From contig CAXQUZ010000359.1 in assembly GCA_964226865.1 (NCBI GenBank), positions 1 to 62,999 on the forward strand: a stretch of 62,999 nucleotides of DNA, in the 5' to 3' direction. Below, in pieces: positions 9,222 to 16,836 of this stretch. The notes under the pieces were generated by a model. The model was not told the DNA's origin. It made no database searches and saw only the letters and a list, made by a program, of their open reading frames with translations. Within the stretch, counting starts at the first letter, position 1, and each line of letters opens with the position of its first letter. This DNA is from Myxococcota bacterium. GTDB taxonomy: Bacteria; Myxococcota_A; UBA796; UBA2385. The position numbers and the translations under genes are program-made.

Positions 9222-9244
9222 TTCGTTATTCGTCGAACAACGAA
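9222..9244. promoter_or_regulatory. AT-rich imperfect inverted repeat, candidate ArsR operator
   Basis: TTCGTTATTCG-T-CGAACAACGAA has 11-bp arms with one mismatch. It is the only AT-rich patch in the 7884-11608 stretch and lies immediately upstream of arsR. Confidence 0.5.
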
Positions 9245-9265
9245 GTGCCGCACCCCGGAGCCCCT

Positions 9266-9622
9266 GTGTCCTCCTCTCCTTGCTGCCCGCCGGCGGCCTG
9301 CCTGCCTGCGCCCCCCGAGGGCACGGTGCCCGGGGGCGCGCCCGATGCGGTCGCTGACGCCCGGCTGGCCGCGCTCTGCAAGGCCCTCGCCCACCCCCAC
9401 CGGGTGCGCATCCTGCGGGTGCTCCGCGCCATGGGCAGCGACCGCTGCTACGCCGGCGACATCGCCGATCAGCTGCCCATCGCCGCCTCCACCGTCAGCC
9501 AGCACCTGCGCATCCTCCGCGACGCGGGGCTGATCCAGGGCGAGGTGGAGGGGCCCCGGCGCTGCTACTGCGTGGCCCCCGGGGCCCTCGCCGAGCTCCA
9601 GGCCGCCGTGGGGGCCCTGTGA
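9266..9622 (+). CDS. arsR: ArsR/SmtB-family metalloregulator
   Basis: Winged-helix core is [11 protein letters not shown]...[26 protein letters not shown] chose the GTG at 9266 (GGAG 5 nt upstream) so the operator stays outside the CDS. The track start at 9203 and the GTG at 9245 remain alternatives. The stop overlaps the acr3 start (GTGA at 9619-9622). Confidence 0.8.
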   Translation: MSSSPCCPPAACLPAPPEGTVPGGAPDAVADARLAALCKALAHPHRVRILRVLRAMGSDRCYAGDIADQLPIAASTVSQHLRILRDAGLIQGEVEGPRRCYCVAPGALAELQAAVGAL

Positions 9623-10740
9623 GCGCGGCCCCGGGCAGTGGGCCCCAAGATGTCGTGGCCGAGGACGTTGTCGACGGTGATGCCCTCGGCCTCTTCGGCC
9701 GCTACCTCTCGGTCTGGGTCGGTCTGTGCATCGCGGCGGGCGTGGGCCTCGGCGCCCTCGTGCCGGGGCTCTTTGCCGCCGTGGCCCAGGCCGAGCTGGC
9801 CTCGGTCAACCTCGTCGTGGCCGTGCTCATCTGGCTGATGATCGTGCCCATGATGATCCAGGTCGACCTGGGCCGTGTGCGCGACGTCGGCCGCCGGCCC
9901 ACGGGCCTCGTGCTGACCCTCGTGCTGAACTGGCTGGTGAAGCCCTTCTCGATGGCCCTGCTCGGGGCGCTGTTCTTCCGGGGGCTCTATGCGGGGCTGG
10001 TGACGCCTGGAGAGGCCGACGAGATCATCGCGGGCATGGTGCTGCTCGGCGTCGCCCCCTGCACGGCCATGGTCTTTGTCTGGAGCCAGCTCACCCGCGG
10101 CGACCCGAACTACACGCTGGTCCAGGTCTCGGTCAACGACCTCATCATGGTGGTCGCCTTCGCGCCCCTGGCCGGGCTGCTGCTCGGTGTGAGCGAAGTG
10201 GTCGTGCCCTGGGGCACGCTGGTGCTGTCGGTGGGCCTCTTCGTCGTGGTGCCGCTGGTGGCGGGGGCGGCCATCCGGCGCCGGCTGCTGGCCCAGGGCG
10301 CCGCCGCCGGCCAGGCCCCCGACGACCCCGCCGGCCCCCTGGCGCGGCTCACGGCCCGGCTCCAGCCGGTGGGCATCGTGGGCCTGCTCGCGACCATCGT
10401 GCTCATCTTCGGGCTCCAGGCCCCGACCATCCTCGCCCGGCCGGGGCTCATCGGGCTCATCGCCCTGCCCCTGCTGCTCCAGTCGGTCGGCATCTTCGCC
10501 CTCGCCTATGGCCTCGCCTGGCTGCTGCGGGTCCGCCACGCGGTGGCCGCCCCGGCCGCCATGATCGCCACCTCGAACTTCTTCGAGCTGGCCGTCGCCG
10601 TGGCCATCAGCCTCTTCGGCCTCGGCTCGGGGGCCGCCCTCGCGACGGTGGTGGGGGTGCTCATCGAGGTGCCCGTGATGCTCGCCTTCGTCGCCTTCGC
10701 CAACCGCACCCGGCCCGCCTTCGCGGCCCGCGCCGCCTGA
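9619..10740 (+). CDS. acr3: ACR3-family arsenite efflux permease
   Basis: [14 protein letters not shown]...[15 protein letters not shown]...[14 protein letters not shown]...[15 protein letters not shown] are typical Acr3 blocks. About 10 hydrophobic helices are present. Confidence 0.9.
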   Translation: MSAAPGSGPQDVVAEDVVDGDALGLFGRYLSVWVGLCIAAGVGLGALVPGLFAAVAQAELASVNLVVAVLIWLMIVPMMIQVDLGRVRDVGRRPTGLVLTLVLNWLVKPFSMALLGALFFRGLYAGLVTPGEADEIIAGMVLLGVAPCTAMVFVWSQLTRGDPNYTLVQVSVNDLIMVVAFAPLAGLLLGVSEVVVPWGTLVLSVGLFVVVPLVAGAAIRRRLLAQGAAAGQAPDDPAGPLARLTARLQPVGIVGLLATIVLIFGLQAPTILARPGLIGLIALPLLLQSVGIFALAYGLAWLLRVRHAVAAPAAMIATSNFFELAVAVAISLFGLGSGAALATVVGVLIEVPVMLAFVAFANRTRPAFAARAA

Positions 10741-10747
10741 GGTCCCC

Positions 10748-11608
10748 ATGCGCTTCGACAGCGTTCTCTTCGTCTGTGTCGCCAACGCCGCCCGCAGCCA
10801 GCTCGCCGAGGCCCTGGCCCGCCACCGCTTCGGCGGGGCCGTGCGGGTGCAGTCCGCCGGCTCGGCCCCCGCGGCCCTCCACCCCCTCGCGACGGCCGCC
10901 CTCGCCGAGCACGGCCTGTCGACCGAGGGCCAGCACGCAAAGGGCCTCGACTCCATTGATCTGGACGAGGTCGACCTCATCGTCACCCTCTGCGCCGAGG
11001 CGGCCTGTCCCGTGCTGCCGCCGGGGGTGGCCCGGCTCGACTGGCCCCTGGCCGACCCGGCGGCGGCGGCCCCGGGAGAGGACGCGGGGGCCCGCATGGC
11101 GCGCTTCCGCCAGGCCCGCGCGGCCATCGACGCCCGCATCGCCGTGCTCGCCGCCCTCCGGGACGGGCCGCCGCCGCTGGCGCCCACCGAGTTCCACGCG
11201 AGCATCCGGGTGCCGGACCTGCCGGCGGCCGCGCGCTTCTACGCCTGGCTGCTCGGGGTGGCCCCCAAGACCTGGACCCACCGCTACGTCACCTTCGTGA
11301 GCCCGGCCCTGCGCACCAACCTCGTGCTGCTCGTCGACGACGGCCTCGAGCTGCACCACGACACCCTCTACCACGTCGGTGTCGAGCTCCCCGACCGGGC
11401 GGCGGTTGTGGCCGCCCACCACGCGGCCGCGGCGGCAGGCCTGCCGATCCACAAGCCGGCGCGCACGACCTGGCGCGGCACCCCCCTGCACGAGCTCTGG
11501 CTGCGCGACCCGGGCGGCAACCTCGTCGAGGTCTATGCCCGGCTCCGGCCGGCCGAGCGCGCGGAGATGCCGGCCGACCAGCAGCCGACCCTGCTGGTGG
11601 CGGGCTGA
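10748..11608 (+). CDS. arsC: LMW-PTP-type arsenate reductase fused to a C-terminal glyoxalase/VOC-fold domain
   Basis: The N-terminus has the CX5R(S) loop VCVANAARS plus TLCAEAACP. From about aa 145, FHASIRVPDLPAAARFYAWLLG...LYHVGVEL...GNLVEVY resembles a VOC (glyoxalase/bleomycin-resistance) fold. Confidence 0.85.
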   Translation: MRFDSVLFVCVANAARSQLAEALARHRFGGAVRVQSAGSAPAALHPLATAALAEHGLSTEGQHAKGLDSIDLDEVDLIVTLCAEAACPVLPPGVARLDWPLADPAAAAPGEDAGARMARFRQARAAIDARIAVLAALRDGPPPLAPTEFHASIRVPDLPAAARFYAWLLGVAPKTWTHRYVTFVSPALRTNLVLLVDDGLELHHDTLYHVGVELPDRAAVVAAHHAAAAAGLPIHKPARTTWRGTPLHELWLRDPGGNLVEVYARLRPAERAEMPADQQPTLLVAG

Positions 11609-11630
11609 GAGGCCGGGGGGCGGGCGCGCG

Positions 11631-13109
11631 TCAGAGTGTCTTCAAGAACGCGATGAGTGCGTCTTTGTCGGCCTCTTCCAGGGCCGTGCCCCAGGGGTGG
11701 CCCGCCGCCGACAGGCCCCGGCGCGTCGTGTCGACCACCCGGCGCCGGGCCCAGCTGTCGGGGGGCGTGCCGGGGGTCTCGGCGACCGTGCGCCAGCCCA
11801 CCCGCACCGGATCGTAGTCGGCGGCCGCCCAGCCCGTGCGCGACCAGGCCGCCGGCCGCTCGTCGGGCCGCAGCAGCGCCGAGAGGTCGGGCACGGTGCC
11901 GTTGTGGAGGTAGGGCGCTGTGGCCCAGACCCCCACCAGCGGCGGGGCCAGGTAGCCGCCGGTGGCCGTGACGGGGTGGGCGGCGCCGAACCAGCTGCCG
12001 TTGATCCAGGCCGCCTCGGCCTCGCCGAAGGCCCCGGCCCGGACGGGATCGGTGCCCACTTCGGCGAGCGGCACGACCCGGTCGGGGTGGTGGCGGTCGT
12101 CCGCGGGGCCACAGACCGTGCCGTGGCAGTCGGCACAGTGGGCGGCATAGACGGCGGCGCCGGCGTCGGCGGCCTCCGGCGCGGGCGGGTCGAAGGGCTA
12201 GGGCGGCACCGGGGTCTCTTGGATGGCCGCCCAGAGCTCGGCCAGCGCCGCGTCCTGGGCCTCGAGCTCGGCGGGGCTGTTGCCGAAGGCGAGCAGCATG
12301 GCGGCCATCGTGCGGTGGCCCGCGGCCTGGCCCTGGCCGTCGGCACAGACGCGGGTCTTGTGGGCGGCCTGCCACCAGGCCGCGGGCTGCTGGCCGCCGT
12401 AGTCGGTCTCGGGCGCCATGCCCTCGGGGCCCCAGGGCGCGGAGAAGGCCATGCCCAGGCCGTAGGCATCGGTGGTGCCGGCGGCGAGGGTGCGGTCGTC
12501 GAGGGAGAAGGGGAGGGCGACCGGGGGCAGCCCCACCGAGGCGGCCAGCGCAGCCAGGGCGACGAGGTCGTCGAAGAGCGACTGGAGGTCGACCCGGCTC
12601 GAGCCGGCGCCCACCACCACCGCGCCGGCGACGCCGTCGGCGTGGCAGATGAGGCAGTCGATCGAGGCCATGCTCCCGCTCAGGGCGGGCACCCCGAGAG
12701 CGTAGGGCCCGCCCGCCGGATCGGGCAGCAGGCCGTAGCGATCCTGGAAGGCGGCCTGGAAGGCGGCCGTGTCGGCGGGGCGGCCCGTGCCCCAGACCCA
12801 GTAGAGGTTGTCGAGGGCCACCCGGGGGATGAGCGGGGCCGAGAGCGCGCTGGTGGCGAGCAGGGCCCGGCCCGCCTCGGCCGCGGCGGGATCCACGGTG
12901 TGGAGGCGGGGCAGGCTGGGGCGGCAGGTGGCGCTGTCGGGGGCGGCGCTGTCGGGGGCGGCGCTGTCGGTCGCAGGGACACGGTCGCCGGATCCGCCCG
13001 GCTTGCCGGGGGCACAGGCGGCGAGGGCGAGGGCGAGCACGGGGCCCCCGGGGCCGGGGCGCAGGCGAGGGGACAGGGGGGCCTCCAGGGCGGAGCCCCA
13101 GCGTGGCAC
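11631..13109 (-). pseudogene. Di-haem cytochrome c (peroxidase-like) lipoprotein gene interrupted by one in-frame TAG at 12198-12200
   Basis: ORFs 12198..14057 and 11631..12074 share one frame. The stretch between them reads PFDPPAPEAADAGAAVYAAHCADCHG, the second CxxCH motif; the first is CLICH. The C-terminus ...ALIAFLKTL mirrors the paralogue at 25973..27748 (...ALIEFLKTL). The proposed GTG start at 13109 precedes LALALAAC. Confidence 0.7.
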
Positions 13110-13140
13110 GGGCGGGATAGCCCCGCCGGGGGAGGTGGAC

Positions 13141-13767
13141 GTGGCGGGCTCCGGGACGGGCGGACAGTGCGCGGCGGTGCTGGCGGCGGTGCTGGCGGCG
13201 GTGCTGGCGGCGGTGCTGGCGGCGGTGCTGGCGGCGGGGCTGGCGCTGGGCACGGCGCGCCCGGCGGCGGCGGCCCCGGGCCCCGACACCGCGCACTGGC
13301 TGGTGGGGGCGGCGGCGCCCCAGCCGGCGCTCACGACCCTCGACGGGGCACCGGCGGACGCGCCCTGGGCCGCTGGGGGCGGCGTGGTGGTGGTGTGGGC
13401 GGGCTGGTGTGGGCCCTGTGTGGCCGAGCTGCCGGTGGTGGCCCAGGCGGTCGAGGCGGCCGGGGCGGCGGGCCGGCCGGTGACCCTGCTGTCGGTGGAC
13501 GACGAGCGTGCCGTGGCCCGGCGGGCCCTCGCGCGGACGGTGCCCCGCGACCCGGGCTGGGCCCTGCGCTGGGGCGGACCGGCGGCCGCGGGGGCCTTCG
13601 CCGTGCGCACCCTGCCCACCGCCGTGGTGGTGGGCGCCGACGGGCGGGTGGTGTCGGTCTGGACCGGCCACCAGGGGCGCCGGGACTGGCGGCGCCTGGT
13701 CACCCCAGCGGCGGCGCCCCCCGCAGAGACCGCCGCCCCGGCGCCCCGCCCGCCGCCGGCCCCCTGA
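13141..13767 (+). CDS. TlpA/ResA-like membrane-anchored thioredoxin-fold thiol:disulfide oxidoreductase
   Basis: GTG at 13141 with GGAGG 6 nt upstream. The hydrophobic anchor is built from (AAVL)x5. The active site is WAGWCGPC. Confidence 0.8.
   Translation: MAGSGTGGQCAAVLAAVLAAVLAAVLAAVLAAGLALGTARPAAAAPGPDTAHWLVGAAAPQPALTTLDGAPADAPWAAGGGVVVVWAGWCGPCVAELPVVAQAVEAAGAAGRPVTLLSVDDERAVARRALARTVPRDPGWALRWGGPAAAGAFAVRTLPTAVVVGADGRVVSVWTGHQGRRDWRRLVTPAAAPPAETAAPAPRPPPAP
13171..13242. repeat. 12-bp tandem repeat gcggcggtgctg x5 plus one degenerate copy
   Basis: Perfect copies span 13171-13230, and a degenerate copy gcggcggggctg spans 13231-13242. The repeat encodes the AAVL repeat of the TlpA-like signal anchor. 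Confidence 0.9.
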
Positions 13768-13780
13768 GCCCCGGCCGCGC

Positions 13781-14512
13781 TCATGCGAGGGGCGCGCGGT
13801 GCCACTGGTCGTCCGCGGGCGAGAGCCGCGGCATGACGAGGGCGAGGGGGTGGGGCTGGTCGAGGGCAGCGCCGGCCCGGGCCCGGGCAATGCGGTCCAT
13901 GCGGAAGAGCCGGGCCGCGTCTTTGTCGAGATCCCAGGCGAGCACGTACCAGACGGGCCGGTGGAGCACGAGGGCCATGCACTCGATGCGCCGGGAGGAG
14001 GCGGCGCCGGCGGCGTCGACGTAGGCGAAGGCCAGGGCCCGGCCGCCCGTGAAGCACTGCTCGAAGGCGGGCAGCACGGTGTGGTCGACGGCGCCGAGGG
14101 AGCGGGCCACCCGCGCGCTGGCGGGCGCGCCGATGAAGATGCGCCGCTCGAGGCGGCGGAGGGCGCGGCGGCGCTCGGGGGAGAGCGCCCGGCAGGCCCG
14201 GTCGAGGCCGGCGGCGGCGGGCCCGGCGAAGGGCATGTGGGGGGTGGCCTTGAGCACGGCCACCGAGAGGGCCAGGCCGACGATCTCGGCCACCTCGAAG
14301 TGGACCGGGCGGGGGCGGCTGTCGGGGGCGATGCGCACGCCGCCGCCGGGACCGGGCGTCGCGCGGATGCTGTGGCCGCCCTCCCGCAGGGCGGCGATGT
14401 CGCGGTGGACCGTGCGGGCCGACACACCGAGGGCGGACGCGATGGCCGGCACCGTGGTGGTGCCCCGGTGGAGCAGGTGGAGCAGGCGCTCTCGGCGGGC
14501 GGCGGTCTTCAT
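13781..14512 (-). CDS. YafY-family transcriptional regulator (HTH + WYL domain)
   Basis: Trimmed to the ATG at 14512, with GAGGA upstream. The HTH is ERLLHLLHRGTTTVPAIASALGVSARTVHRDIAALRE. The C-terminal half carries WYVLAWD...RLFRMDRI, a WYL-type motif. Confidence 0.8.
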   Translation of the reverse strand: MKTAARRERLLHLLHRGTTTVPAIASALGVSARTVHRDIAALREGGHSIRATPGPGGGVRIAPDSRPRPVHFEVAEIVGLALSVAVLKATPHMPFAGPAAAGLDRACRALSPERRRALRRLERRIFIGAPASARVARSLGAVDHTVLPAFEQCFTGGRALAFAYVDAAGAASSRRIECMALVLHRPVWYVLAWDLDKDAARLFRMDRIARARAGAALDQPHPLALVMPRLSPADDQWHRAPLA

Positions 14513-14682
14513 GGGGACATCCTCACCCTGAACCCTGACAGAAGCTGGCAGCATTGTGCCGGGCTCGGAGGCATCCCTGACAGAATCCGTCAGGGTCTCG
14601 TGTGACGACGGACGGGTCCCCGGCGCCCCCCCTGGCGGGTCGGTGTGCCGGGGCCTCCGCTCCTGTCCCCGAGGTCTCGCCG

Positions 14683-15642
14683 ATGTCCGCTCCTGTCGCC
14701 TTTCCGCCCCCCACCCTCGTCCCCCTCGACGACGTCGTGCTCGAGGTCTTTCATGCCGGGGATCCCCGGTCGGGCCGGCCCATCGTGCTGTGCCACGGCT
14801 GGCCCGAGCTCGCCCACTCCTGGCGCCACCAGATCCCGGCCCTCGTCGCCGCGGGCCACCATGTCATCGTGCCCAACCAGCGGGGCTTCGGGGGCTCGTC
14901 CTGCCCCGCAGATGTGGCGGCCTACGGGCTCGACGCCCTCGCGGGGGATCTGGTGGGGCTGCTCGACCACTTCGGCCATGCGCGCGCCACCTTCGTCGGC
15001 CACGACTGGGGCGCGATGGTGGTCTGGGGGCTCGCGCTGCTCCACCCCGACCGGGTCGAGCGGGTGGCGAACCTGGCCCTGCCCTACCAGGAGCGCGGCG
15101 ACGTGCCCTGGATCGAGCAGCTGGAACAGCTCTTCGGTCCCGACCACTACTTCGTCCACTTCAACCGCCAGCCGGGGGTGGCAGAGGCGGTGCTCGATCG
15201 CAACGTGGGCCGCTTCCTCGGCAACCTCTTCCGGCGCGATCTGCCCCCGGGTCCGCCGGCCCCGGGCGTGTGGCCCCTGTGCCTGGCCAAGGCCGACACG
15301 GCCCCGGGCACCCCCCTGCTGGGCGCCGACGAGCTCGCCGTCTACGAGGCGGCCTTCGAGGCCACGGGCTTCGGGCCGGGCATCCACTGGTACCGCAACC
15401 TCGACCGCAATTGGCGCCTGCTCGGCACGGTCGACCCCGTGGTCCGCCAGCCCGCCCTGATGATCCACGGCGACCGCGACAGCATCCCGCGGTCCCCGCG
15501 CCTCTCCCACTTCGTCCCCGATGTCGAGGTCGTGGGCCTCGACTGCGGCCACTGGATCCAGCAGGAGCGGCCCGCCGAGACGACCGCCCTGCTGCTCGAC
15601 TGGCTCGCCCGCACGGCGGCCCGCGCGGCCCCCGCGGCCTGA
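14683..15642 (+). CDS. Alpha/beta-hydrolase, epoxide-hydrolase-like
   Basis: ATG at 14683. HGWPELAHSWRHQIP is the HGXP oxyanion motif, GHDWGA is the nucleophile elbow, and DCGHWIQQERP is the C-terminal His motif. Confidence 0.85.
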   Translation: MSAPVAFPPPTLVPLDDVVLEVFHAGDPRSGRPIVLCHGWPELAHSWRHQIPALVAAGHHVIVPNQRGFGGSSCPADVAAYGLDALAGDLVGLLDHFGHARATFVGHDWGAMVVWGLALLHPDRVERVANLALPYQERGDVPWIEQLEQLFGPDHYFVHFNRQPGVAEAVLDRNVGRFLGNLFRRDLPPGPPAPGVWPLCLAKADTAPGTPLLGADELAVYEAAFEATGFGPGIHWYRNLDRNWRLLGTVDPVVRQPALMIHGDRDSIPRSPRLSHFVPDVEVVGLDCGHWIQQERPAETTALLLDWLARTAARAAPAA

Positions 15643-15788
15643 GCGGCGGGCGCCGAGCGGGGCGGCGACCCTGGGATACGGCCCGCTCGGTGCCGCTCCG
15701 GGTCGACCGGTGCGTCCCTGTCTCTGGTCGGCGGCCGGCCCCTGTGGCCGCCCCTCTCTCTTGCCCCGCCTCTGCCCCCCGAGGTCCC

Positions 15789-16766
15789 ATGCTCCTGTCT
15801 CTGGTGGTCTCTGCCGCCCTCGCTGCCGCCCCCGTCTACGGTCCCCGGCTCGAGGGCTTCGACTATCCCCATCCCGTGAAGACCTTCGCGCTCCACAGCC
15901 AGCGCCAGGACCTCGAGATGGCCTACCTCGACGTGCCCCCGTCCAGCGACCGGCCCTCGGGCCAGACCGTGCTGCTGCTCCACGGCAAGAACTTCTGCGC
16001 CGCCACCTGGGAAGACACCATCGCTGCCCTCGCCGCGGCGGGCCACCGGGTGATCGCCCCCGACCAGATCGGCTTCTGCAAGTCCTCCAAGCCCGCCGCC
16101 TACCAGTACAGCCTCGAGACCCTGGCCCTGAACACGGCGGCCCTGCTCGACAGCCTGGGCATCGAAGAGGTCGTGGTGGCGGGCCACTCCATGGGGGGCA
16201 TGCTCGCGATGCGCTTCGCCATGGAACACCCCGGTCGCACCGCGCGGCTGCTGCTCATCAACCCCATCGGCCTCGAGGACTGGAAGGCCCGGGGGGTGCC
16301 CGCGGTGACGGTCGACCGCTGGCTCGCCGCCGAGCAGAAGAAGACCCGCGCCGGCATCCGGGCCTACCAGCTCTCGTCCTACTACGGCGGCGTCTGGCGC
16401 CCCGAGTACGACCGCTGGGTCGACATGCTCGCGGGCATGGTCGAGGGCCCGGGGGCCGAGGCGGTGGCCTGGAGCCAGGCACTGACCGCCGACATGGTCT
16501 TCAACCAGCCCGTCGTCTACGAGCTCGACCGCATCCGGGCCCCGACCACCCTCTTCGTCGGCCAGCGGGACCGCACGGCGCTGGGGCGCGGCTTCGTCGA
16601 CGCCGCCCTCGGTGCGTCCCTGGGCGACTACCCGGCCCTGGGCAAGGCCACGGCGGCGGCCATCGCCGACTGCACCCTGGTCGAGCTCGACAACCTGGGC
16701 CACTCGCCCCATGTCGAGGCCCCCGCCCGCTTCCTGCCCCAGCTCGTGGCGGCGGTGGGCGGCTGA
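15789..16766 (+). CDS. Secreted alpha/beta-hydrolase
   Basis: ATG at 15789. The signal peptide is MLLSLVVSAALAAAP. GHSMGG is the nucleophile elbow, and NLGHSPHVE lies near the C-terminus. Confidence 0.85.
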   Translation: MLLSLVVSAALAAAPVYGPRLEGFDYPHPVKTFALHSQRQDLEMAYLDVPPSSDRPSGQTVLLLHGKNFCAATWEDTIAALAAAGHRVIAPDQIGFCKSSKPAAYQYSLETLALNTAALLDSLGIEEVVVAGHSMGGMLAMRFAMEHPGRTARLLLINPIGLEDWKARGVPAVTVDRWLAAEQKKTRAGIRAYQLSSYYGGVWRPEYDRWVDMLAGMVEGPGAEAVAWSQALTADMVFNQPVVYELDRIRAPTTLFVGQRDRTALGRGFVDAALGASLGDYPALGKATAAAIADCTLVELDNLGHSPHVEAPARFLPQLVAAVGG

Positions 16767-16836
16767 CCCGTCTGGGTCGGGCGATCCGGCCCCCATCCCA
16801 GACGGGATAGCCCACCTGGGCAACCCGGGAGCCCCC

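Noticed and set aside
12198-12200. The in-frame TAG as a pyrrolysine codon.
   Set aside because: There are no pyl genes or PYLIS-like context in the window. As I recall, Pyl usage has not been reported in Myxococcota. A nonsense mutation, sequence error or split gene is far more likely.
13171-13242. Tandem repeats here and at 2721-2766, 32526-32573 and 36101-36172 as CRISPR-like arrays.
   Set aside because: The units are 9-18 bp, directly adjacent with no spacers, and lie in-frame within coding sequences. They are coding micro/minisatellites.
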